Shown: positions 8,995-18,978, numbered from the stretch's first letter. The stretch is 27,880 nucleotides of DNA from an uncultured archaeon (GCA_964447495.1 CAYUTF010000038.1:1-27880); one strand, 5' to 3'. Numbers and translations are program-made. Notes: generated from the sequence alone by a model not told the origin.

Positions 8995-11480
8995 CAATCT
9001 ATACAAAAGTAAGTCGAAAAAATCTTAATGAAGACAGAGTTGCAATATGTCCTCAAATGGGTTGTAAAACTATAGAAAGAGTAAAGCCTCTAAAACTGGG
9101 TTTTTTAGGATTTGGAAAGTGTCCCAAATGTAAGCAGCATAATCTTCCCTTAGTATATGTAGAGGAAAGAATCGGTGAGGTTGTTAGTGCGGCATTAATA
9201 TGTCTCTTTGACAAAAGTGGGCTTCCACCTAAGAATTTACTAAAAATTATTGAAAAGAGGTACCCTAATGAATTAAATACTTTTATTAATAGTTGGATTT
9301 ATTGTATAACAATTGGTAGAGGAGCAAAAGTCATCTCAAATTATATGGATTCTTTATCGAAAGCTTATTTAAAAACTATTACTAAGAAGCAGTTAAGGGA
9401 TATTAGGAACCAAAAAAGTACTGTGCATCAAGCAATCAATAATGGTATTAAAGAGATTACTATGCAATTTGAACGTTTATTAAAGCATCTTCGAAAACAT
9501 TCTGAAGTGTTTTCTAATACTAAAAAAATCGGATCACCATCAATTAGATTAAGGCATTTATTAACTTCTTGGTTAGAAAAATCATATAGTGAAGAAAAAA
9601 GTTTATTGAAAAATGAAGAGAAAAAAGAAATTTCACTATTAGAGATAAAAGAATATTACGATAACATCTTAAATACAGGTACTTGTAGATGTTTACTAGG
9701 ACTCGATCCAATCCAAAAGAGTGATAAAGAATGTCTTTTATCTGCATTCGATAGATTTAGTGCATATTTTGAATTTTGCGAGGAAAATCTAACGCAGAAA
9801 TTTACTAAAGCTGATGTAGATACCTTATATAGAAAATCAAATACCAATATGACTATTATAAATAATTTTACCGAAGAGGAGCTAAAATTTATTGAAAAAA
9901 ACCATATTAATATTTCAAATTTGAATACTAGGTGGGCATGGGTAAATAGTAAAGAAATAGCATTAAAATTTTATAAAGAAGTTATTTTACTTAAATTTGA
10001 AGATAGTCCGAAATCTCATGATATTGATGAAATTGGGTTTAGAGGATTTAGAGCAGCCATTAGTAAGTTGGGAATCGGGGTTAACGATCTAACTAAAGCT
10101 GCTGGTTTAGAACCTCATTTTGAAGAGAAATATACCGGTATGAATTATAATGATCTACTGAATTTATTTAAAAATAAAATTTATCTCGAAGTAAAAATTA
10201 AACTCAATTTAAAGAAAGGAGAAGCTCCAAGAACTCGAGATTTAGAAAGTAAAGAAATAGGATATCGGGGATTTGTCGATAATGTAAGAAAAGCTTCAAA
10301 AAAAGAAGGAATACTTAGAAATGCTTGGGGTGAGTTTGTTAAAGAAGCAGGTTTAATACCAAAAAAAGAATTATATTATCAAGGAATGGACTTTCCTGAA
10401 TTAATAGATATCTATGTAAAGGAAATACACCCAAGATTAAAAATGAAGTACAATTTAAAAGATAAACAAGCTCCCCTTAAAGAACAATTGATCTCAGAGT
10501 ATAGTGGGTTTCGGAACGCAATAAGAAGACTAGGATATAATCTTTCAGATTTATATTTGATTCTTGGATTTGAACATAAATTTTGGAAGATTTATAATAA
10601 TAAATCCTATAGGGAACTCATTAAGTTTTTCAAAGATATCATACGACCTTCATTACAAGATATTTATGATTTCTCTGAGAATGAGGCACCTGCCTACGAA
10701 GAGGTTGAGATTAATTATCGTGGTTTTATAGAAGCTCTTAAACGTCATGGGAAGAAATTTTCAGATGTGATTAAAGAATTAGGATATATTCCGAGAAATT
10801 TTTCAAATTTGGGAGTATTAACTCATTCAATTATGAATTTATTATTATCTTATTATATAAATAAAGAAGAATTCCCATCTACTTATTATTCAGAAGTAGA
10901 ATTGTTTTCTTCCTCAAATCATCGGATCGATGGGTTTCAATTTATAACTAAATCTCTAATTTCATTAATCAATTTAAACATACAGAAATATCAGTTTTCT
11001 AGGAGTAAAGAAGAAATTGAAAATATTAAATCTGTTATTAGAAAAATAGAGGGAAAACAACATTTACTTATAGATTTTTCAAATGGATTTTTTAAAAGAG
11101 GAAAAACCAACTCAGAATTAGTTGCAAGTAAAATAAAAAAATATCTTGATTATCCAAGTTCATTTTTAGTTTTAATAGGAACTAATTGGAATATTTCAAA
11201 ATTGATAAAAAGATTACCTAACTCGGTAAAATATAAGAATCAATTTTTAAATACATCAGATTCAGCTTTAATAAGTCCAAAATTATTTGGAATTTTATTT
11301 GGAATGAAAGGTACATATTATGAACTATTGAATGATATAATTTTAAATAATAAGCAAGAAAATATTAAAAATTTAAATAGAATATATAAAAAACTTATGG
11401 GAATAAATAAAATTAATTACTATAGTACTGATGATTTCAATAAAGTAAAAGGAAAAAATACATTAATTAAATGGTTGTGA
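8991..11480 (+). CDS. Multidomain hypothetical protein: N-terminal Zn finger, four helical repeats, C-terminal PD-(D/E)XK-like nuclease domain
   Basis: CPQMGC...CPKCKQH near the N-terminus. Four 55-80 aa repeats (about aa 315-601) with the pattern P...(Y/F)xGF...G(L/F/Y)xP. C-terminal GVLTH...EVEL...RIDG...LIDFS...KIKKY. The ORF is secure; domain calls are inferred. Confidence 0.65.
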   Translation: MTIYTKVSRKNLNEDRVAICPQMGCKTIERVKPLKLGFLGFGKCPKCKQHNLPLVYVEERIGEVVSAALICLFDKSGLPPKNLLKIIEKRYPNELNTFINSWIYCITIGRGAKVISNYMDSLSKAYLKTITKKQLRDIRNQKSTVHQAINNGIKEITMQFERLLKHLRKHSEVFSNTKKIGSPSIRLRHLLTSWLEKSYSEEKSLLKNEEKKEISLLEIKEYYDNILNTGTCRCLLGLDPIQKSDKECLLSAFDRFSAYFEFCEENLTQKFTKADVDTLYRKSNTNMTIINNFTEEELKFIEKNHINISNLNTRWAWVNSKEIALKFYKEVILLKFEDSPKSHDIDEIGFRGFRAAISKLGIGVNDLTKAAGLEPHFEEKYTGMNYNDLLNLFKNKIYLEVKIKLNLKKGEAPRTRDLESKEIGYRGFVDNVRKASKKEGILRNAWGEFVKEAGLIPKKELYYQGMDFPELIDIYVKEIHPRLKMKYNLKDKQAPLKEQLISEYSGFRNAIRRLGYNLSDLYLILGFEHKFWKIYNNKSYRELIKFFKDIIRPSLQDIYDFSENEAPAYEEVEINYRGFIEALKRHGKKFSDVIKELGYIPRNFSNLGVLTHSIMNLLLSYYINKEEFPSTYYSEVELFSSSNHRIDGFQFITKSLISLINLNIQKYQFSRSKEEIENIKSVIRKIEGKQHLLIDFSNGFFKRGKTNSELVASKIKKYLDYPSSFLVLIGTNWNISKLIKRLPNSVKYKNQFLNTSDSALISPKLFGILFGMKGTYYELLNDIILNNKQENIKNLNRIYKKLMGINKINYYSTDDFNKVKGKNTLIKWL

Positions 11481-13803
11481 GATTAAGTAGTTTTTTTAGA
11501 AGAAAAAGTGCTCCCGTTTTGTCTAATGGCTCATTTCTATTCCCACAGCGGCTAGACATTATGCAAGCTGGACAGCCATTTAGAGTTTTACAACTACATG
11601 ATTCGATTAACTTGAAAGTAAGCTCCAATAATTCTTCTAATTTCTCATATAGCAGTTCAGATATTCCAATGCCTCCTCGATATGCATCATATATATAGAT
11701 TATAGGGTTTTGTTTTACTGGATCAAAATCTATTGAAACCCCGCCTAAATCCCAGCGTGATATCTGAGCTAAGGCCGGTGCCATAGCGATCATTGCATGT
11801 TCAATCGCATGGATAGTTCCGCCTAAATCATAATTGTCTAATTCTAATTGTTTTTGAATGTCAAATGGGATTTCAAACCATACTGCCTGTGTTTCAAACT
11901 CGATAAGGGGGATATCATCTAAAGGATTCCTTGAAATAGTTTCTTGAGTGAGGGTATCAATTACTTTATAGGCATAATATTCATGTTCGACTTTCACGTC
12001 CCCAAAGAAAGCATCAATATTTTTATTAGGACCGATAATTTTTGTTGAAACGACTTGAAGCGGAAAAATGTTTGTATGTTTTAACGATTGAGTATAATAT
12101 TCCACATCATTTCGAGATACATACACTATTCGATTCTGTATGTCTAAATCATTTACCACGTACGTTTCTGCTTCATAAAGATAGACTGCTCCAGGATGTA
12201 GATCGCGAAACACATAGCTTTCATCCTCGACGGTTAGGGTCTGATCTCCAAATCCATTATTAAATACTACCTTATAACTCTTATTGGAAAGATCATTTAA
12301 TCCATATTTCTCATTTGGGAAAAAAGCCCCTTTCCAGTAATATCTATCTCCACGTTTCATCAAAAGGGAATCCAATTCTAATTCTTCTAAGTAACCTTTG
12401 AAAAGATCTCGATTTTGAACATCAAATTTCACATAGTCATCAAGATTTAGAGGAATTTCTTTCGAGGCACAACATAAATGATTTTTAAGAATATATTTAT
12501 TATTTAATGATATTAATATTTCTTCTTGAATTGGGCCAAAGAGCTTTTCGGGATTATGCACATAAAATAAATCGAGAGGGTTTTGCATTGGAATATATGT
12601 CGAAATTGATAGTGCCGTCCCTCTCCCTGATCTTCCTATTTGTTGCTTTAAACTCGATACAGTTCCTGGAAAACCTGAACTTATGGTTGCGTCCAAAGAA
12701 CCGATATCAATTCCTAATTCAAGAGCGTTTGTGGAACTTATCCCCAAAATTTCCTTATTTTTAAATTTCTGTTCAATTTCTCTTCTTTTCTTTTTGCTAA
12801 TTCCAGCTCTATAGCTATAAATTTTATCTTTCATTACAGGTAAGGCTTTTCTTACCCATATTGCTTGAAGTTCAGCCATTTTTCTTGAGAGGGTAAATGT
12901 GAGCGTCTGAATTCCATTCTTGTACTTCAAATGGCTGATAAAGAGATTTTTGGTCTCTTGATGTGCGGATCGATATGTTGCCGAGATGTTGTCATAGAGT
13001 AAGTCCCATAAAATCACTTTTTTCGCTCCGGATGGAGAATCGTCCTTATCAACTACAACGAATTGTTCTCCGATTAATTTCTTACAGAATTCACCCGGTT
13101 TATAAATTGTAGCACTTGATAAAATCCAAATGGGTTTAACATTGTATGAATCTAATATACGTTTTAATCTTCGCATTAATAAAGCAAAATTAGAGCCAAA
13201 TACTCCCCGATACACATGAATTTCATCTAAGACGATATATTTTAGATTTTGGCAGATCCTTCTCCACTTTTGTTTAAACCATGGTAAATAAAAATGTAAT
13301 CCATAGGGATTGGTAATAATGATATTCGCATTATTAAGGATTTGTCTTTTCGCTCCGGAATCTATATCACCATCGTAGACACCAGCACGATTTTCTTTAA
13401 TATTAGTGTCTTTTAATAGATTAGATAGCGTTACAAACTGATCCCTAGCTAATGCTTTTGTAGGAAAAATGTAGAGCGCAGTTGATTTTTCGTTATTAAG
13501 GAGCGTATCTAATACTGGTAAGTTATAGCATAGAGATTTCCCAGAAGCGGTCGATGTGACAATAACAGTATTGTTTCCCTCCTGAATAGAATTAATAGCC
13601 TCAGCTTGATGGCGCCATAGATTGATATTATTGTTATTCAACCACCGTTGCAATCTTTTCCTTAAAGGTTTATGTAAATTATCGTATCGGGCTTTAAGTT
13701 CTGGTAAATGCTCTACATGAGCAATTTGACCAGAATAATAATCCTGAGATTTTATATAGTTAAGAAAAGCGTCAAAATCAAGCATAGATAGAGTCACTAG
13801 CAA
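11467..13803 (-). CDS. DEAD/DEAH-box helicase with C-terminal DUF1998 Zn domain (Hrq1/MrfA/YprA family)
   Basis: Q motif LWRHQ, Walker A TSTASGKS, FPTKALARDQ, DEIH, SAT, TNALELGIDIG, QQIGRSGR, DUF1998 HAIEHAMI and YDAYRGGIG, CSCKTLNGCPAC...CGNRNEPLDK. The true start may be the ATG at 13785. Confidence 0.92.
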   Translation of the reverse strand: MLVTLSMLDFDAFLNYIKSQDYYSGQIAHVEHLPELKARYDNLHKPLRKRLQRWLNNNNINLWRHQAEAINSIQEGNNTVIVTSTASGKSLCYNLPVLDTLLNNEKSTALYIFPTKALARDQFVTLSNLLKDTNIKENRAGVYDGDIDSGAKRQILNNANIIITNPYGLHFYLPWFKQKWRRICQNLKYIVLDEIHVYRGVFGSNFALLMRRLKRILDSYNVKPIWILSSATIYKPGEFCKKLIGEQFVVVDKDDSPSGAKKVILWDLLYDNISATYRSAHQETKNLFISHLKYKNGIQTLTFTLSRKMAELQAIWVRKALPVMKDKIYSYRAGISKKKRREIEQKFKNKEILGISSTNALELGIDIGSLDATISSGFPGTVSSLKQQIGRSGRGTALSISTYIPMQNPLDLFYVHNPEKLFGPIQEEILISLNNKYILKNHLCCASKEIPLNLDDYVKFDVQNRDLFKGYLEELELDSLLMKRGDRYYWKGAFFPNEKYGLNDLSNKSYKVVFNNGFGDQTLTVEDESYVFRDLHPGAVYLYEAETYVVNDLDIQNRIVYVSRNDVEYYTQSLKHTNIFPLQVVSTKIIGPNKNIDAFFGDVKVEHEYYAYKVIDTLTQETISRNPLDDIPLIEFETQAVWFEIPFDIQKQLELDNYDLGGTIHAIEHAMIAMAPALAQISRWDLGGVSIDFDPVKQNPIIYIYDAYRGGIGISELLYEKLEELLELTFKLIESCSCKTLNGCPACIMSSRCGNRNEPLDKTGALFLLKKLLNLTTI

Positions 13804-13984
13804 TAATGAAATATATAAATTAAAAATTGCAAAAGGGAATTGATTTTATAATTTTTTTGAATTTAGGATTATATTTAAAAACGCTTTCCGATATAATTGA
13901 TTTCCTCCTACTAAGGTTTAAATAAAAAAAACTTTTTAATGATATCAAATCATTTTTTATAATAAAAAGGTTATTATTTACATT

Positions 13985-14992
13985 ATGTCTGATTCTGAAT
14001 GGACAAAATTAGATTTCCAATCTTTCGTTGATAAATATAATAAAGATATTGTCGTTAAATCTGCTCCAACCTTTCTCTATTCTAAAAAAGACAAAGAACA
14101 TGAGGCATATAATTCGTTGATAGCTTTCTTTTTTCTCCTAGGTTTCATGTTCATCTACATTGCTTTGACCATTTTTCTAATGCCAGTATATTATAATGTA
14201 ATTCTTTTTCTTGTAATTGTAATAATTTTATCAGCTACGAATAGTATTTTAATCATTAACTTTCTTTTAACTAATGTGCCAATTAAACCGAAAGAGAATT
14301 GGATTGAAATCTATAAAGGTAAAAATATCAATGATATCATTTACTTTTGTTTAGTTTATTATCCTATTTTTTCAGGCAAATGTCACCCAAATAAAGCTAA
14401 AAATGTAATTTATAAGTTATACCAAAAAGAAGTTTTGCAGACTAAAATTGATATAGCTCAAATTGAAGTGTATATAAAATTAAAAAGTACAAATGAACCT
14501 GACTATTCAATTATTGGCTATTTTTTTCAATATGGCAAAGGCCAACGATTTAATGATGAAGAAATAAACAGACACTCTTGGCGATTTTTCCCTTATGATA
14601 GAAATCTAAATGATAATTATTTAGCAATCGCTAATTGGGATCATCAGTTTGAATGGCTTGATGATTTAGAATTAGATTATGATAAACTTCATAATTATGC
14701 CCCTTGGGTTATTCAATCTTGGAATGAGCAAAATATTAAACCATTAACCGAGATTTTTAAGAAAAAAATAATGTGGGATTTGAGAAAAATTGAATCCTTG
14801 CCAAAAATTGAACCTTGGAAGCCAAATTTCAATGCTACTTCTTTTGAGAGCTTTAAAGCCTATAAAGATTTACAGATAGTAAATGAAGTGATTGAAAAGT
14901 TCGTGAAATACGATAAAGAAATTAAAAAAATAAAAGATATTAAAAAAGATTTATTTAAAATTAAAGCTTATTTTAGGGATTTAAAGACTTAA
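13985..14992 (+). CDS. Hypothetical membrane protein (two N-terminal TM helices, soluble C-terminal domain)
   Basis: Hydrophobic segments LIAFFFLLGFMFIYIALTIFL and VILFLVIVIILSATNSILIINFLL. Overlaps the convergent kinase gene by 20 bp. Confidence 0.75.
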   Translation: MSDSEWTKLDFQSFVDKYNKDIVVKSAPTFLYSKKDKEHEAYNSLIAFFFLLGFMFIYIALTIFLMPVYYNVILFLVIVIILSATNSILIINFLLTNVPIKPKENWIEIYKGKNINDIIYFCLVYYPIFSGKCHPNKAKNVIYKLYQKEVLQTKIDIAQIEVYIKLKSTNEPDYSIIGYFFQYGKGQRFNDEEINRHSWRFFPYDRNLNDNYLAIANWDHQFEWLDDLELDYDKLHNYAPWVIQSWNEQNIKPLTEIFKKKIMWDLRKIESLPKIEPWKPNFNATSFESFKAYKDLQIVNEVIEKFVKYDKEIKKIKDIKKDLFKIKAYFRDLKT

Positions 14993-16547
14993 ACATCTTT
15001 TTATTCCGCTTATAAACCTTGAGAAATTGAGTAAATAATTTATCATACACTTTAGTATTCTCTGAATTTGGGTTATAGGAGTTTTCAATCTTTATCAGTG
15101 GGATTGCTTCTTTTAGATCTTCAATTATTTTAAGTCCTAAAAGTGCAACAACAGCAGAGCCTTTTGCACTTCCTAAACTTGGATTTTCCATCTGGTTTAT
15201 TTTTCGTTCCAAAATATCAGCTAAAATCTGACACCATACATCTGATTTTGCCCCTCCTCCAATTATGTTAATTTGATCACTTTTTCCTACTAATTTCTCC
15301 ACAACTTGCAATGCCCATTTGATATTAAACGCAATTCCTTCATAAGTTGCTCTTAATACATCGTTCCTAGTTTGTTCGAGACTAAGGTTATAAAATCCTC
15401 CTCTTACGCTAGGATCATTGAGAGGGCTTCTCTCACCAAACATCCATGGCGTAAAAATTAAATTATTTGAGCCGGGAGGAGTGTTTAATACCATTTCATC
15501 TAATTTTTTATACATTTCTAGACCATGTTCCTTATAGTTCTCCACTTCATACTTAAATAATTGATTTATTATCCAGTCCAAGCATACCGTACCTGTTTCT
15601 TGTTTTGAAATACAGAGATACCTTTCGCGAATCGATGTGATAGCACCAGTATAATTCATAATATCCCTTAACCTCTCATAAGTATGAGCCGCAACCCAAT
15701 CGGCCGTTCCCAAACTAATATGGATTTGATTCTCAATGAGTGCCCCCGATCCAATCGCAGAAGATATCAAATCAGCAGATCCAACGAAGATAGGAATTTC
15801 ATGCGCAGAGGAATATTCTAACCCTAATTCCTTAGCAGCTTGAGGAGTTAGATATCCCGCGATTTCTGTCGCATCCTTTATTTCAGGTAATTTTTCTTCA
15901 TCAATTTTAAACTTTTTTAGGATTTTTTCACTCCATCTAAAAATACCAGGGTTACTATTCATCATCCAAGAAGTATGAGCTAAGCCTCGTGATATGGTTG
16001 TATTATTAGTGGATTTATATACCACATAATCTTTTACACTTAAAAATTTATAGGTCTTTTCATAAATTTCTGGTTCATTTGCTTTGATCCAGATGATATG
16101 AGAAATGGGATCCTTGCCATTTAAACCTGGAGCGCCTCCAGTAATTTTAAGGAACATTAATAGTTTTCGCATACCATATCCGGAGATTTTTATGATTCCT
16201 TTTTTGTAAAGATGCGTTATGTTCGCTGCTCGAATATCAAGCCAACTGATGCATCGCATTAAGGGGGTCCCATTTCTATCGATAGGTACCGTACAATTTG
16301 CTTGCGAATCAAAAACAATCCCTAAGATATCTTCTGATTTAATTCTTGTTTCTTGAAGTAATTTATTAGTTGTTACCTTTACTGATCTCCAGTAGTCGTC
16401 TGCATTTTGTTCTGCACAACCTTCTTTTGGATAATATATAGGATAACTATCTGAAACTTGAGCAATTAGATTTAACTTAGTGTCAAAAATAGCCGCTTTA
16501 TTGCCTGAAGTTCCAATATCATAAGTAAAGATATATTTGCCATTCAT
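14973..16547 (-). CDS. FGGY-family carbohydrate kinase (xylulokinase-like; substrate uncertain)
   Basis: DIGTSGNKA, ISWLDIRA, FLSVKDY, SLGTADW, PWMFGERSP, RATYEGIAF, GGGAKSDVWCQILADI. Confidence 0.9.
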   Translation of the reverse strand: MNGKYIFTYDIGTSGNKAAIFDTKLNLIAQVSDSYPIYYPKEGCAEQNADDYWRSVKVTTNKLLQETRIKSEDILGIVFDSQANCTVPIDRNGTPLMRCISWLDIRAANITHLYKKGIIKISGYGMRKLLMFLKITGGAPGLNGKDPISHIIWIKANEPEIYEKTYKFLSVKDYVVYKSTNNTTISRGLAHTSWMMNSNPGIFRWSEKILKKFKIDEEKLPEIKDATEIAGYLTPQAAKELGLEYSSAHEIPIFVGSADLISSAIGSGALIENQIHISLGTADWVAAHTYERLRDIMNYTGAITSIRERYLCISKQETGTVCLDWIINQLFKYEVENYKEHGLEMYKKLDEMVLNTPPGSNNLIFTPWMFGERSPLNDPSVRGGFYNLSLEQTRNDVLRATYEGIAFNIKWALQVVEKLVGKSDQINIIGGGAKSDVWCQILADILERKINQMENPSLGSAKGSAVVALLGLKIIEDLKEAIPLIKIENSYNPNSENTKVYDKLFTQFLKVYKRNKKMFKSLNP

Positions 16548-16649
16548 TTTTTCTTCTTTATAAATTAATAATTTCTATAAAAAAGAATTAATTTGATTCT
16601 TTTTAATTATATAATTATTAAAAAAATTAATCATTAAAATGAAATTCAA

Positions 16650-18062
16650 ATGGAAACTATACAATCGGTAGAGCGGCTTATAATTGCCACAAATAATATG
16701 TTTTATAATAAAAAGACTGAAGTACTCTCAATTCATTTAGAGGACTTTACCTTTATTGGAAATTATAAAAAATCGACTAAAATCAGTAAAATATTAGATG
16801 ATTTGTATAAATCTTTGGGGGAAACTCCACTTAGAAGAGAAGATCTCGCAATTGTTGATTTTGTAACACAAACATCACTTTTAGAAAATACCAAATTAAA
16901 AAAACTTAAGTTGATTTCAAACAGAGAGAAGGAAAAAGAGGAATTAAAGAAAGAAGTAAAAAAAGAAGAGGAGGTTCGAGAAGCAAAACAACTAGCACCT
17001 AAAGAAAAGGCGAAAGCTGGTAAAAGCAAAAAAGTAAGTAGAGCAAAAGAAGTTGCTGAGGAAAGTATAATCGAATACGAAGAAGAAGTAGAAGAATTAC
17101 TATCTAAAGATGAAGATATGGACCAAGCGGCATATAAAAAAATGAAGGATGATTATGATAAGGAACTTTATGAACCTGCTGAGAGATTTCGTTCTGCACC
17201 ACAAGCCCCTCCAAAAGCAGCGCCATCAACTGCACCAAGTCCTCCTCCTGGAGCAGGTGCTCCAGTAGACGATGCCCTTACAGGACCTGGATTGCCCCCA
17301 CTGAAAAAAGCTGAAGAATTGCCCGCCAAACGAGATACTTCTGCTTTAGAAGAGGAAAAACCAACCGTTTATGAGATCAACATGGGTCTTCAATATTATT
17401 CAGTAATGATGGAACAAACCAGTTATTTATTCTATGTATATTTCTCTCATAAAGAATTAAAAATAGTTGATGAAGAAGGTAAAACTATTTTTGAAACTTC
17501 CTTTGTTATCAAAACCACAAAAAAGGAGCCTCCTGTGGTCGATTTACGAGTGGAAGGAGAAGGGTTTGAAGTTCATCCATTAAATGGTAAAGTTGTGATA
17601 AAAAAAGACGCAATTAATCCTCCGGTTATGATCTTTTCGGTACTTCCTACGAGGAAGAAAAGAACAAAAAAAGATAAAAAAGAGGGGGAGCGCCGTTACT
17701 TAAATGTGTATATTGATTTTGAAGGAAAAACAATCAATCATTCAATTTTATCCATTATCGTGCAACCGAAACATTTTCATCTAGACATCGGTCCTATTCA
17801 TCTGGATATCAGTAAGAAAGCGGCAGTCACTGTCTCAATGATTTCCATTTTAGTAGCGATTGGATCCTTAATCTATACTTTCCTATCAATCGATCCTACA
17901 TCATCGTTCATTGACATCGTAAGTAATTTCTCCCCAGGCTTAGGAGCGTTTTTATTTTTTGGAGTCTTTTTACTAACACTATTCAAGGAGGGAATTTATC
18001 CCCTAAAGGAAAAGATAAGTTATTTCTTAAATTTCGATAAATCGGGTATAATTATAAAATAA
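16650..18062 (+). CDS. Hypothetical membrane-anchored protein with Lys/Glu-rich and Pro/Ala-rich linker and two C-terminal TM helices
   Basis: 470-aa ORF with the low-complexity segment SAPQAPPKAAPSTAPSPPPGAGAP, a beta-rich domain, and hydrophobic AAVTVSMISILVAIGSLIYTFL and GLGAFLFFGVFLLTLF. Confidence 0.75.
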   Translation: METIQSVERLIIATNNMFYNKKTEVLSIHLEDFTFIGNYKKSTKISKILDDLYKSLGETPLRREDLAIVDFVTQTSLLENTKLKKLKLISNREKEKEELKKEVKKEEEVREAKQLAPKEKAKAGKSKKVSRAKEVAEESIIEYEEEVEELLSKDEDMDQAAYKKMKDDYDKELYEPAERFRSAPQAPPKAAPSTAPSPPPGAGAPVDDALTGPGLPPLKKAEELPAKRDTSALEEEKPTVYEINMGLQYYSVMMEQTSYLFYVYFSHKELKIVDEEGKTIFETSFVIKTTKKEPPVVDLRVEGEGFEVHPLNGKVVIKKDAINPPVMIFSVLPTRKKRTKKDKKEGERRYLNVYIDFEGKTINHSILSIIVQPKHFHLDIGPIHLDISKKAAVTVSMISILVAIGSLIYTFLSIDPTSSFIDIVSNFSPGLGAFLFFGVFLLTLFKEGIYPLKEKISYFLNFDKSGIIIK

Positions 18063-18063
18063 C

Positions 18064-18978
18064 TCATTTTTTTATCTTTTCTGTTTTTTTTTTAATATAT
18101 TGCCAAAAACTCTTCTTAATTCCGCTCAGATCTAATTCTTTTAGTTTTATAAAATATAATTTCCGTTTGGCTATGACGGGATATTCTTTGATATTAAAAG
18201 TTTTTATTAAATTTGCCTTTTCTGATCTATTTACCATCATTTCACTCATTACACTTATGTAATTAGATTCATTAACTGTTGATATTATTGAATCATTATC
18301 ATTCATCTCAAGTTTAATATTGAGTTCATTATAATCCTTAAATTGCTGTTGAAAAATATCTCTCATTCCTGAGCCTTCTTCACGCCAAATAAATGGATAT
18401 GGAATGATATCTTTCAACGTAATTTTCTTTTCTCCTTTCTTCAATAATTCATGGGTAGGAGAACAAATAAATTTGAACTCATCTTCACCTATTTCAATAT
18501 AGTCAAACTTTTCTTTTTCATAATCCATAAAACTGCCGATACCTGCAAAGTCAGCTTTTTTTTTAGTCACATTTTCAATTGAAAGTTGAGAATTGTTGAT
18601 ACTTACATTAAAAAGGACATTTGGGTGAGCATTTTTAAAGTCGGTAATTAGTTTTGGTAATATATGAGAACCAGGAATTGTAGAAGCCGATATAACAATA
18701 GGTTCAGACTCTTGAGATTTAAATTTTCTAAGTTCCCTCTCACAAGAATTATAAATTTCAATGAGTTGCCTAGCATAAAGAAGAAATATTTTTCCTGCTT
18801 CTGTCAATGCGAATTTTTTAGTAGTACGATTAATTAGTTGAATACCTCCAAGAGCTTTTTCTATTTGAGAAATTTGATGTGATAAGGTACTTTGGGAGAT
18901 AGAGAGATCATTTGCTAATGCTGAAAAGTTCTTGTACTCTATTAACTTGATAAAATTCCTTATATATTCAATTTTCAT
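18064..18978 (-). CDS. LysR-family transcriptional regulator (CysL / selenium-metabolism-associated type)
   Basis: wHTH NFSALANDLSISQSTLSHQISQIEKALG...LINRTTKKFALTEAG; SASTIPGSHILP and REEGSGMR in the effector domain. Confidence 0.9.
   Translation of the reverse strand: MKIEYIRNFIKLIEYKNFSALANDLSISQSTLSHQISQIEKALGGIQLINRTTKKFALTEAGKIFLLYARQLIEIYNSCERELRKFKSQESEPIVISASTIPGSHILPKLITDFKNAHPNVLFNVSINNSQLSIENVTKKKADFAGIGSFMDYEKEKFDYIEIGEDEFKFICSPTHELLKKGEKKITLKDIIPYPFIWREEGSGMRDIFQQQFKDYNELNIKLEMNDNDSIISTVNESNYISVMSEMMVNRSEKANLIKTFNIKEYPVIAKRKLYFIKLKELDLSGIKKSFWQYIKKKTEKIKK

Noticed and set aside
9544-12764. ORFs 9544-9747, 9656-9847, 11471-11698, 12042-12263, 12507-12764
   Set aside because: Antisense to the 829-aa gene or the helicase; no independent support.
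11467-13803. DUF1998 helicase as part of DISARM or Druantia
   Set aside because: No DrmA, methylase or Dru partner genes nearby. Size and motifs fit a stand-alone Hrq1/MrfA repair helicase, and it is convergent with, not co-oriented with, the nuclease-like gene.
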